A DNA stretch of 64,000 bases from Gemmatimonadaceae bacterium (GTDB lineage Bacteria > Gemmatimonadota > Gemmatimonadetes > Gemmatimonadales > Gemmatimonadaceae). Made by a program: the position numbers and the translations under genes. The stretch is taken from contig JAIEMN010000020.1 of the NCBI GenBank assembly GCA_019752115.1, positions 138,267 through 202,266 of the forward strand, given 5' to 3'. Of this stretch, positions 51,242-60,467 are shown piece by piece (positions within the stretch are counted from its first letter, which is position 1; each line of letters begins with the position of its first letter). The notes beneath the pieces are model-generated. The model was not told the origin of the DNA, did no database searches, and saw only the letters and a list, made by a program, of their open reading frames with translations.

Positions 51242-51364
51242 AGTTCAGGAGCCAGGCGGAAGGGTCTAGGGGGAGGAGCAGTGCGGAACGGGGGCGACGT
51301 GCATGGCACGTCGCCCCCGCCGCGTTTCACTGCTCCCTTGGTACTTCCCCCTGGCCCCTGAGCT
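51242..51364. repeat. Nested palindrome (AGTTCAGGAGCCAGG type) between convergent argG and VOC genes
   Basis: Perfect 14-bp inner stem 51289-51302/51306-51319, 9-bp middle stem, outer arms 18/21. Confidence 0.88.
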
Positions 51365-51421
51365 ACGGTGCGCGTGACGAGCACGCGCGGGCGGTTCGCT
51401 CGAGGGCCCGTCGGCGCGCTC

Positions 51422-52195
51422 TCACTGCGCGCTCATGTACGCGATCACTGCTCCCTGCGCATCCTGCCCGATCATGATCCTGCCGTACGGCGACGGCATC
51501 GGGCCCCGGATGATGGTGCCGCCGTGCTTCGTCCACGTCGCGTTGGCCTCCTCGAGGTTGGCCACGGCGAAGTAGGCGAGCCAATGCGCCGGGATGCCCT
51601 CCCAGCCGGCGCCGCTCATGAGCATCGCGCCGGCGACGGCTTCGTCGACACCGGCCTGATGCAGGGTCCAGTAATCCACGCCGGGCGCGTCGAGCTTGTG
51701 GGCGGTGAGGCCGAACACGGCTTCATAGAACGCGGCGTTGGCCGGCTCCGGCGACGCGACTTCGGCCCAGCACATGGACCCGTGTTCGCCTTCGACGCGT
51801 GCGCCGGCGAAGCCAGCTGCTTGCCAGAGACCAAACGCGGCGCCGCCGCGGTCGATGGCGATGGCCATGCGCCCATTCCCGGGCACATCCATCGGCGGCA
51901 CCATCATCGATCCGCCGTTGGCGACGATGGCGGCGGCGGTGGCATCGGCGTCCGAGACGCCGAGATACACGGTCCACACCGTGGGCGCCTGCTCCTGCCC
52001 CGGCATCTTGGGGGCGATGGCTGCCGCGGGTTGGCCGTTGCGGAAGGCCATCGTGTAGTGGCCCATCTCGGGGCCGCTGTCGACAAAGGTCCAGCCGAAC
52101 AGCTCGCCGTAGAGGGCTTTGGCGGCGTCGAGGTTACTGGTGGAGAGGTCGAACCAGACGGGGCGGTTCGTCAGCGTGCCAGTGATGGTGGGCAT
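51422..52195 (-). CDS. Two-domain VOC/glyoxalase family protein
   Basis: PVWFDLST...FYGELFGW pattern, WTVYLGVSD, MDVPGNGRM, WLAYFAV, SPYGR. Start ATG 52195. Confidence 0.88.
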   Translation of the reverse strand: MPTITGTLTNRPVWFDLSTSNLDAAKALYGELFGWTFVDSGPEMGHYTMAFRNGQPAAAIAPKMPGQEQAPTVWTVYLGVSDADATAAAIVANGGSMMVPPMDVPGNGRMAIAIDRGGAAFGLWQAAGFAGARVEGEHGSMCWAEVASPEPANAAFYEAVFGLTAHKLDAPGVDYWTLHQAGVDEAVAGAMLMSGAGWEGIPAHWLAYFAVANLEEANATWTKHGGTIIRGPMPSPYGRIMIGQDAQGAVIAYMSAQ

Positions 52196-52353
52196 GGCCA
52201 GGTGGGAGAAAGGGGCCAGCGGGAATTCGGTGCGCCACGGATCTATCGCCGACGCCGAGGGGTCGCAAGAATTGTGTCGGGCCGTTTGCTGCACACCCGC
52301 GTCCGATTCGGTCGCCGCCCCCGCTGGTCTCCCACCTCATTCGGAGTTACCCC

Positions 52354-53049
52354 ATGTCGTCAGTTGTCAGAAGCGCGTGCGTCGCGCTCGCGCTGCTCGC
52401 CCCCGTCGCCGTGCACGCCCAGGAAGAAAAGGTCATGGCCGTGAAGGGAGGCATTCAGGTGAAGGGTTGGATGGGCAAGGTTGACGCGAACGAAGCGAAG
52501 GCTGGCATGTCCGTCGACAGCACGAAGATGGTGTCGATGGGCAAGGACATGCACGCCACGACGGGGCCGGCGACGACGTACTGGAACCCGTCGATGATGG
52601 CGAAGGGGAACTACACCGTGAAGGCGACCTTCACCGAGCGGGAGTACATGGGGCTCAACAGCCATCCGCATCCCTACGGCATCGTGATCGCCGGCAACAA
52701 GATGGGGACGGATGACGCGAGCTTCCTGTACTGCGCGGCGTACGGCAACGGCACGTTCATCGTGCGCGGCTTCGGCCCGGCCCCGTTCCAGATGAACGGC
52801 CGTCGTGGCGAAGCGAACGACGCAGTCAACAAGGCCGCCGAGAAGGGCAAGCCGGTGACGCAGGAAATCGCGATGAGCGTGACGGCCGACAAGGTCACCT
52901 GCAGCATCAACGGCAAGGAAGTCGGCAGCTATCCGAAGGCCGATGTCGTCGCCGCCGGCAAGCTCACGACGACCGATGGCATGGTGGGTTTCCGCATGGG
53001 ACACAACACCGACGCGCACGTCGCCGGGTTCTCGCTGACGAAGAACTGA
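52354..53049 (+). CDS. Secreted hypothetical protein (beta-sandwich, DUF1080-like)
   Basis: Signal peptide, GGAG SD, beta-rich sequence ending GMVGFRMGHN. The fold is tentative. Confidence 0.65.
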   Translation: MSSVVRSACVALALLAPVAVHAQEEKVMAVKGGIQVKGWMGKVDANEAKAGMSVDSTKMVSMGKDMHATTGPATTYWNPSMMAKGNYTVKATFTEREYMGLNSHPHPYGIVIAGNKMGTDDASFLYCAAYGNGTFIVRGFGPAPFQMNGRRGEANDAVNKAAEKGKPVTQEIAMSVTADKVTCSINGKEVGSYPKADVVAAGKLTTTDGMVGFRMGHNTDAHVAGFSLTKN

Positions 53050-53984
53050 TGCGCATTGCGGTCATTGGAGCGGGCGCCGTGGGAGGCTTACTCGGCGCCC
53101 GCTTGCAACACGCCGGCCACACGGTCGCGTTCGTGGCGCGCGGGGCGACCTGCGCGCATCTGCGCGCACAGGGCCTCGTCATCGACAGCATTGATGGCAA
53201 CCTGCGCCTGCCGCAGATCACCGTCACCGATGATCCGGCCACGATTGGCGTGGTCGATCTGGTGCTCGTGTCGGTGAAGGCCACGCAGGTCGCGGCGGTG
53301 GCGCCGTCGCTGCGCCCGCTGATCGTGGCGCACACGGCCGTGATCCCCATGCAGAACGGCGTCGAGGCGGGCGTACACCTCGCGGCCGCGCTGGGCGCGG
53401 GGCATGTGCTCGAAGGGGTCGCCCGGGTCATCGCGGCGCTGGCCGGCCCCGGCCATGTCTCCCATACGGCCGTGACCCCGGTCGTGGAGTTCGGCCCCCG
53501 CGCGGGGGCCCCGCTCGATCCGGCGGTCGCGGCCCAGCTGCCGGCGATCGACGCGGCGTTCCGCGGCGCCGGGCTGGTGCCCATGCAGCCGGTGGACATG
53601 GCGATCGCCAGCTGGGAGAAGTTCCTGTTCATCGAGCCGATGGGCGTCGTGAGTGCGGCGTCGCGTCAGCCGTTCGGCACCGTACGATCGCTGCCGGAGC
53701 TCCGGGCCCTCACCGACTCAGCCCTGGAAGAGCTGATCGCCGTGGGGCGAGCCGTGGGTGTGGCATGGCCGGCGGATGCCAAGACCCGGGTTTGGGAGCG
53801 CTACGACAGTTTGCCGCCAGACAGCACGACCTCGCTGGCGCGCGACCTCATGGCCGGTCGGCCGAGCGAGTTCGACGCCCAGACCGGCGCGATCGTGCGC
53901 TTGGCGACCGCGCACGGCGTGCCGGTGCCGGTGCATCGCACGCTGCATGCGATCCTGCTCCCCACCGCCAAGAACGCGGACTGA
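53049..53984 (+). CDS. panE: 2-dehydropantoate 2-reductase
   Basis: IAVIGAGAVGG, LVSVKA, PMQNGVE, SWEKF, SLARDL...RPSEFD. Confidence 0.88.
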   Translation: MRIAVIGAGAVGGLLGARLQHAGHTVAFVARGATCAHLRAQGLVIDSIDGNLRLPQITVTDDPATIGVVDLVLVSVKATQVAAVAPSLRPLIVAHTAVIPMQNGVEAGVHLAAALGAGHVLEGVARVIAALAGPGHVSHTAVTPVVEFGPRAGAPLDPAVAAQLPAIDAAFRGAGLVPMQPVDMAIASWEKFLFIEPMGVVSAASRQPFGTVRSLPELRALTDSALEELIAVGRAVGVAWPADAKTRVWERYDSLPPDSTTSLARDLMAGRPSEFDAQTGAIVRLATAHGVPVPVHRTLHAILLPTAKNAD

Positions 53985-54061
53985 CGCGGCGGCAGGCCGG
54001 TGACCCCGGCGAGCGGGTCACAGTTTTCCACAACGCGTGTGGATAGAGAACACTTCATCTG

Positions 54062-54103
54062 GGCGCTGCAACCGACGGGTTGGTAATCGGTTGCAGCGCC
54101 TTT
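54062..54103 (+). terminator. Hairpin downstream of panE (possible intrinsic terminator)
   Basis: Perfect 14-bp stem ggcgctgcaaccga/tcggttgcagcgcc, 11-nt loop, followed by TTT. Confidence 0.5.
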
Positions 54104-54276
54104 GACCCTTGGTACGTACATTCCTTTGTGTCTCATCCCGGCATGCGGATCCCCGCCCAGGATGATCACCGGAATTATTCCCTCACCGGCCCCCCACCCG
54201 CCGACCAGAGGGAAGGCAGCCCGTCGTTGCAGGTTCCGCAGGTCTCCCCGCGCACCAACTCCGTGGAGTGGCAGGC

Positions 54277-56805
54277 ATGAAGGTTCTGCTCGCGTGGTCC
54301 GGTATCACCGCAACCGTGGCGACACTCGTGTCGACACCGGTGATCGGACATTCCCGTGCGACACCGCCGGCAACGGCCGGTGATCGTATCCCGCTACCGA
54401 CGTTCCTCGCGTCGCCCATCACGCCGTCCGCCGAAAAGGTCGCGCCAGGCCACACGCGCACCGGCTCCAAGACGCGCTTCGGCACGCGCGGTATCGCGAT
54501 GGCGGCGCTCGATTCCACGATCAGCCGCTACTGCGGCTCGTGCCACAATCCCACCATGAAGCGCGGCAATCTGAGCCTGCGCGGGTTCGGGATCGATTCG
54601 AGTGCGCGTCATCTCGACGTGGCCGAGAAGATGATCCGCAAGCTGCGCGCCGACATGATGCCGCCGCCGGGCTCGAAGCGCCCGGGCGGGGACACGCTGA
54701 TCGCGCTGGTGGAGACGCTCGAGAACACGGTGGACGCGCTCCCGACCAATCCGGGGACGCGCACCTTCCAGCGCCTCAACCGCGCCGAGTACCAGCACGT
54801 GGTGAAGGATCTGTTCGGGCTCGAGGTCGACGCCGGCAACTGGCTGCCGCTCGACCAGAAGAGCGCGAACTTCGACAACGTCTCCGACGTGCAGGCGCTC
54901 TCGCCGACGCTCCTCGAAGGCTACATGAATGCGGCCGCCGGCGTGGTGCGCATGGCGATCGGCGATCGCAAGGCGATCGACGCCCAGACGACGTACAAGC
55001 CGTCGATCTTCGTGTCGCAGCATCCGTGGGATCATGTCGAGGGCACGCCCTACGGCACGCGCGGCGGCATGGTGGTGAAGCACATCTTCCCCGCCGACGG
55101 GACGTACGAAATCCGCGTCAACGTGGGTGGTGGCATGGGCGGGCGCCCGGTGGAAGACGTGGACGTCTCCATCGACGGCAAGCGCATCGCGATGCTCGCG
55201 TATGACAAGGGCATCTCGCGCAACAACGAATCGGCCGACCTGCCGCTGGGCGCCGACTACATCCGCACCGGGCCGATCCAGATTCCGGCCGGCCAGCACA
55301 CGGTGTCGGTGGCCTTCGTGCGCCGCGCCGAAGGGCCGTACGAGGATCTGATCAAGCCGCATGAGTGGTCGCGCGCCTCGGGCGGCACGGCCTCGGCGGG
55401 CACGACCGAACCGACCTACCTCTTCGACTTCACGATCGCCGGCCCGAGCAAGATCACCGGCATGAGCATGTCGCCGTCGCGGCAGCGCATCTTCACCTGC
55501 GCGCCCACGGCGAAGGTGGCGCAGCGCGCCTGCGCCGAAACGATCCTCAGCCGCTTTGCGACGCGCGCCTATCGCCGCCCGCTCACGGCCGAGGATCGCG
55601 CCGACCTCATGAAGTTCTATGACAAGGCCGCCACCGCCGACAACCCGAACGCGTTCGAAGATGGCGTGCGCCTCGGGCTGCAGGCGGTGCTCGCCAGCCC
55701 GTACTTCATCTTCCGCTTCGAGAAGACGCCGGCGTCGGTCGCCGAAGGGCAGGACTACAAGATCGACGATCTGGAGCTGGCGACGCGCCTGTCGTTCTTC
55801 CTCTGGAGCACGATCCCCGACGAGCGCCTGCTGACGCTCGCCAAGAACCGCACGCTCCACACGCCAGCGGTCTACCAGGCGGAAGTGAAGCGCATGCTGG
55901 CCGATCCGCGGGCCGAGGCGCTGGCGACGCGCTTCGCGGCGCAGTGGCTCCGCCTGCAGGACCTCGAGAAGGTCCACCCGGACGCGTTCATCTTCCCCGA
56001 CTTTGATCAGTCGATCGCCAACGCGATGTACAAGGAGACGGAGCTCTTCTTCAACGACATCGTGCGGAACAACAAGAGCGTGCTCACGGTCTTCACGGCC
56101 GAGTCCACGTTCGTGAACGAAAAGCTCGCGCGGCACTACGGCATCCCGAATGTGACCGGCGACTACTTCCGCAAGGTCGCCTACATCGACGACCAGCGCC
56201 GCGGCGTGCTCGGCCACGGCAGCGTGCTGGTGCAGACGTCGCTCGGCAACCGCACGAGCCCGGTGCTCCGCGGCAAGTGGGTGATGGAAGTGCTCCTCGG
56301 AGCCCCGCCGCCACCGCCGCCCCCCAATGTGCCCGACCTCGAGCAGACGAACGGCGCGAAGGAAGGGCGCCAGCTCACCACGCGTGAGCGCATGGAAGCC
56401 CACCGCTCGAACCCGACGTGCAAGTCGTGCCACCAGTTCATCGATCCGATCGGGCTCGCGCTCGACAACTTCGACGTGACCGGGCGCATGCGCTATCGCG
56501 AGAACGGCGCGATGCTCGACACGCGGGGCCAGCTGTACGACGGCACGGCGCTCAACACGCCGGCGGATCTCTCGAAGGCGCTGCTCAAGCGGCCGCTGCC
56601 GCTCATGCGGAACTTCACCGAGAACCTCATGACGTACGCCCTCGGGCGTCGCGTCGAGGACAGCGACATGGCGACGGTCCGCGCCATCGTGCGCGACGCC
56701 GGCAAGCAGAACTACAAGTTCTCCGCGTTCGTGACGGGCATCGTCACGAGCAAGGCCTTCACCTCACGGCGCGCCGAACCCGCGGTCGCCGACGACTCCA
56801 AGTAA
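54277..56805 (+). CDS. DUF1592-family protein (DUF1587/1595/1592/1588/1585) with two CxxCH motifs
   Basis: CGSCH, RLNRAEY, LATRLSFFLWSTIPD, FAAQWL, TSPVLRGKW, CKSCH, DPIGLALDNFD. Confidence 0.9.
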   Translation: MKVLLAWSGITATVATLVSTPVIGHSRATPPATAGDRIPLPTFLASPITPSAEKVAPGHTRTGSKTRFGTRGIAMAALDSTISRYCGSCHNPTMKRGNLSLRGFGIDSSARHLDVAEKMIRKLRADMMPPPGSKRPGGDTLIALVETLENTVDALPTNPGTRTFQRLNRAEYQHVVKDLFGLEVDAGNWLPLDQKSANFDNVSDVQALSPTLLEGYMNAAAGVVRMAIGDRKAIDAQTTYKPSIFVSQHPWDHVEGTPYGTRGGMVVKHIFPADGTYEIRVNVGGGMGGRPVEDVDVSIDGKRIAMLAYDKGISRNNESADLPLGADYIRTGPIQIPAGQHTVSVAFVRRAEGPYEDLIKPHEWSRASGGTASAGTTEPTYLFDFTIAGPSKITGMSMSPSRQRIFTCAPTAKVAQRACAETILSRFATRAYRRPLTAEDRADLMKFYDKAATADNPNAFEDGVRLGLQAVLASPYFIFRFEKTPASVAEGQDYKIDDLELATRLSFFLWSTIPDERLLTLAKNRTLHTPAVYQAEVKRMLADPRAEALATRFAAQWLRLQDLEKVHPDAFIFPDFDQSIANAMYKETELFFNDIVRNNKSVLTVFTAESTFVNEKLARHYGIPNVTGDYFRKVAYIDDQRRGVLGHGSVLVQTSLGNRTSPVLRGKWVMEVLLGAPPPPPPPNVPDLEQTNGAKEGRQLTTRERMEAHRSNPTCKSCHQFIDPIGLALDNFDVTGRMRYRENGAMLDTRGQLYDGTALNTPADLSKALLKRPLPLMRNFTENLMTYALGRRVEDSDMATVRAIVRDAGKQNYKFSAFVTGIVTSKAFTSRRAEPAVADDSK

Positions 56806-56832
56806 CTCCTCTTCACTGATCCGGAGCATTCG

Positions 56833-58233
56833 ATGAATTTGCTGACCCAGAAGGCCCTGCATCGGCGCACGTTTCTGAAGGGGATGAGCGCGGCGATCGC
56901 GCTCCCGTATCTCGATGCCATGGTGCCGGCCGGCAAGCTGTTCGGGTCGTCGGCGTCGTGGGCGGCGACGAGCCGTCAGCGCTTTGTGGCGATCGAGTCG
57001 GTGCACGGCGCCGCCGGCAGCAATGCGTGGGGCGCCTCCAAGTACCTGTGGGCGCCGGAAGGCGTGGGCCGCAGCTTCCAGCTCAACCCGGAAGGCGCGC
57101 TCGCGCCGCTCGACGCGTGGCGGAAGTACCTCACGATCGTGAGCAACACCGACTGCCGCATGGCCGAGCCGTTCGACGCGCCGGAGATCGGCGGCGACCA
57201 CTTCCGCTCGAGCGCGGTGTTCCTCACGCAGGCGCACCCGAAGCAGACGCAGGGCTCGGACCTTTACGCCGGCACGTCGCTCGATCAGCTCATCGCGCGC
57301 AAGATCGGCCAGGACACGCCGATGCCGTCGCTGCAGCTCTGCATCGAGAATCTCGACCAGGCCGGCGGCTGCACGTACAACTACTCCTGCGCCTACACCG
57401 ACACGATCAGCTGGGCGTCGCCCAATGATCCGCTGCCGATGATCCGCAATCCGCGCGCGGCGTTCGATCTGCTCTTCGGCGCCGGTGCCGACAACAAGGA
57501 CCGCGCGTCGCGCCGCAAGGAAAACGGCTCGATCCTCGACTGGGTCGTGGGCGAGATGTCCACGCTCAAGACGCAGCTCGGGCCGACCGACCGGCGCCGC
57601 GTCGATCAGTATCTCACGAACGTGCGCGAACTCGAGCGCCGCATCCAGGCGATCGAAGCCAAGAACACGAGCGGCGAAGAGCGGCTCATCCCGGAAGCGC
57701 CCGCGGGCGTGCCGGACAGCTTTGAAGAGCATGTGAAGCTGATGTTCGACATCCAGGTGCTCGCGCTGCAGGCGGACATGACGCGCGTGGTCAGCTTCAA
57801 GACCGGCCGCGATGCCTCGAGCCGCACGTTCCCGGAGTCGGGCACGAACAAGGGCTTCCACCCGGCGTCGCACCATGGCGGACGCGAGGCGGCGGTGCTC
57901 GAGTTCAACATGATCAACAAGTACCACGTGTCGATGCTGCCGTACTTCCTGCAGCGCCTGCAGGAAACGAAGGATGCCGATGGCAACCTGCTCGACAACA
58001 CGACGATCATCTACGGCTCGCCGATGGCCGACGGCAACATCCACAACCATCGCCGCTGCCCGCTCATCGTGCTCGGCGGCAACACGGCCATTCACGCCGG
58101 CAACATGCACCTGAAGGCGCCGGACGGCACGCCGATGGCTGATGCGATGCTCTCGCTGCTGCACAGCTTTGGCGTGGACACGCCGAGCTTCGGTGACAGT
58201 GTTCAGCCGTTCACTCTCTCGACCACCGTCTGA
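56833..58233 (+). CDS. DUF1552 family protein (Tat-like signal)
   Basis: HRRTFLKG...ALPYLDAM, HFRSSAVFLT, SLDQLIA, YSCAYTDTISW, HPASHH, YGSPMADGNIHNH. Confidence 0.9.
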   Translation: MNLLTQKALHRRTFLKGMSAAIALPYLDAMVPAGKLFGSSASWAATSRQRFVAIESVHGAAGSNAWGASKYLWAPEGVGRSFQLNPEGALAPLDAWRKYLTIVSNTDCRMAEPFDAPEIGGDHFRSSAVFLTQAHPKQTQGSDLYAGTSLDQLIARKIGQDTPMPSLQLCIENLDQAGGCTYNYSCAYTDTISWASPNDPLPMIRNPRAAFDLLFGAGADNKDRASRRKENGSILDWVVGEMSTLKTQLGPTDRRRVDQYLTNVRELERRIQAIEAKNTSGEERLIPEAPAGVPDSFEEHVKLMFDIQVLALQADMTRVVSFKTGRDASSRTFPESGTNKGFHPASHHGGREAAVLEFNMINKYHVSMLPYFLQRLQETKDADGNLLDNTTIIYGSPMADGNIHNHRRCPLIVLGGNTAIHAGNMHLKAPDGTPMADAMLSLLHSFGVDTPSFGDSVQPFTLSTTV

Positions 58234-58240
58234 GGTGTCC

Positions 58241-60334
58241 ATGACGCACCGTGTCTTTGCCACCCGGTTGTCGATGGCCCTCGCGCTTGGCGCGGGGCTG
58301 GCGACGCCGTTGGCGGCGCAGAACAACGCGGGCAACGCCGCCGACGCGAAAAAGTCGGTGCGTGTGAGCACGCCGCGCGAGTCGCGCGCCACGCCGGCGA
58401 TCGCCGATGCGGCGCAGCGCGGCGATCTCGCCGAAGTGCGCGCGCTGCTCACCAAGTATGACGTGAATGCCCCGCTGGGCGACGGCATGACGGCGCTGCA
58501 CTGGGCCGCCGAGCGTGGTGATGTCGCGATGACGATGGCGCTGCTGCGTGCCGGTGCGAAGCCGGTGGGCACGACGGTGAATGGCGGCTACACGCCGCTC
58601 CACGTAGCCGCGCGCAGTGGCTCCGGAGAGATCGTGAAGGCCCTCCTGGCCGCTGGCGCCAATCCGAATGCGGTGACCACGACCGGGGCGACGGCGATGC
58701 ACCTGGCGGCGGAAGCCGGCAACGCCGAGGCCATCAAGGCGCTCGTGGCCAAGAAGGCCGATGTGAACGCGAAGGAAACGAGCTGGGGGCAGACGCCGCT
58801 GATGTTTGCGGCGTCGGCCGATCGCCCGGCGGCGGTGAAGGCGCTGCTCGCGGCTGGCGCGGATGTGAAGGCCCGCACGCGCACGGTGAGCCTTACCGAA
58901 GAACTCGCGCGCACGCAGGCGGCGGCGAAGAAGCGCAATGAAGTGCTCTGGGGCTTCCTCCCCGAAGCCACGCGCGACTCGATCAAGAAGGCGGAAGCGA
59001 AGAAGGCGGCCGACGCCCGGGCGGCGCTCGGCGGCGCCGGCGGTCGTGGCGGCTTTGCGGGTGGTGGGCGTGGTGGCCCGCCGGGTGGGGCCGGTGCGCC
59101 GGGCGCTCCGGGTGCGGCGCGTGGTGGTGATTCCACGCGCATCGCTGCGGCGGCGGCGCCGGACACGGCGTTCAAGGTGCCGAACCTCCCCGACAAGTTC
59201 TTCACGCCGGCGCAGGTTGCCGAAGCGGTGCTCGCCGGTCGCAAGATGTACACGGCCGACAAGGTCGGCGCGGCCACGCAGGAAGTGCCGGCCGATACGA
59301 CCAACGGCTTCCAGTTCGGTCTGGAAGCGACCGTCGGCTCGATGGGTGGCCTGACGGCGCTGCATCACGCGGTGCGGCAGGGGAATATCGAAGCGGCGCT
59401 GGCGCTGGTGGACGGCGGGGCCGACATCAACGCCCCCATGCTCTCCGACAGCACGACGCCGCTGCTGATGGCGGCGGTCAACGGCCAGTACGACATGGCG
59501 ATGGCGCTCATCAAGAAGGGCGCGAATCCGAAGCTCATGTCCACCGCCGGGCTGACGCCGCTGTACGCCGTGCTCAACACGTACTGGCACCCGAAGTCGC
59601 GCTATCCGCAGCCGCAGGATTGGCAGGTCCAGAAGACCAGCTACCTCGAGGTCATGGATGCGCTGATCAAGGCGGGCGCTGATGTGAACGTGCCGCTCAA
59701 GAAGAACCTCTGGTTCTTTGGCTACAGCAACTGCGGCAACGCGAACTGCGGGCTCGAGATGCTCGATGGGACGACGCCGTTCTGGCGCGCGGCGTATGCC
59801 GTGGACCTCGACGCGATGAAGCTCCTCAAGGCCGCGGGCGCGATCGACACGATGCCCAGCCGTCCCCCCGCGCGTCGTGCGCGTCCGGGTGCCGGTGCGC
59901 CGGGCGGTCCGGATTCGTTCAACCCGAACCCCGACGCGGCCGCGCAGGCGGCGCCGGTGGGTGTGGGCACCTATCCGATTCACTCGGCGGCCGGCGTGGG
60001 CTACGGCAACGGCTTCGCGGGGAACGCGCACCGTCATGCGCCCGATGGCTGGATGCCGGTGATGAAGTATCTCGTGGAAGAGCTCCATCACGACGTGAAC
60101 AAGCGCGACGCCGGTGGCTTCACGCCGCTGCATCACGCCGCCGCGCGTGGCGACAACGAGATGATCCTCTATCTCGTGAGCAAGGGCGCCGATCCGAAGG
60201 CGGTCGCGCGCAACGGCCAGACCACGGTCGACATGGCCAACGGTCCCGTGCAGCGCCTGCGTCCGTTCCCGGAGACGATCCAGCTGCTGGAGAAAATGGG
60301 CGCGAAGAACAACCATAAGTGCGTGGGATGCTAA
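58241..60334 (+). CDS. Secreted ankyrin-repeat protein
   Basis: Signal peptide; repeated TALHWAA/TPLHVAA/TPLMFAA/TALHHAV/TPLHHAA motifs; Gly-rich insert. Confidence 0.9.
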   Translation: MTHRVFATRLSMALALGAGLATPLAAQNNAGNAADAKKSVRVSTPRESRATPAIADAAQRGDLAEVRALLTKYDVNAPLGDGMTALHWAAERGDVAMTMALLRAGAKPVGTTVNGGYTPLHVAARSGSGEIVKALLAAGANPNAVTTTGATAMHLAAEAGNAEAIKALVAKKADVNAKETSWGQTPLMFAASADRPAAVKALLAAGADVKARTRTVSLTEELARTQAAAKKRNEVLWGFLPEATRDSIKKAEAKKAADARAALGGAGGRGGFAGGGRGGPPGGAGAPGAPGAARGGDSTRIAAAAAPDTAFKVPNLPDKFFTPAQVAEAVLAGRKMYTADKVGAATQEVPADTTNGFQFGLEATVGSMGGLTALHHAVRQGNIEAALALVDGGADINAPMLSDSTTPLLMAAVNGQYDMAMALIKKGANPKLMSTAGLTPLYAVLNTYWHPKSRYPQPQDWQVQKTSYLEVMDALIKAGADVNVPLKKNLWFFGYSNCGNANCGLEMLDGTTPFWRAAYAVDLDAMKLLKAAGAIDTMPSRPPARRARPGAGAPGGPDSFNPNPDAAAQAAPVGVGTYPIHSAAGVGYGNGFAGNAHRHAPDGWMPVMKYLVEELHHDVNKRDAGGFTPLHHAAARGDNEMILYLVSKGADPKAVARNGQTTVDMANGPVQRLRPFPETIQLLEKMGAKNNHKCVGC

Positions 60335-60363
60335 CGCGCGGGAGAGCGTGATTCTGGCCTCGT

Positions 60364-60447
60364 AGTTCAGGAGCCAGGGAGAAGCAATCAGGGGGGAGTG
60401 CCGGTCATCGGCACTCCCCCCTGTCTTCTCCCGCCTGACTTCTAAAC
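60364..60447. repeat. Nested palindrome (AGTTCAGGAGCCAGG type), second copy
   Basis: Perfect 15-bp stem 60389-60403/60409-60423. 60364-60378 is 15/15 identical to 51242-51256. Confidence 0.88.
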
Positions 60448-60467
60448 AACGGTGTCAGTCGAGCGCT

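Noticed and set aside
54110-54125. Sigma-54 promoter TGGTAC-N5-TTCC upstream of DUF1592
   Set aside because: Lacks the invariant -12 GC.
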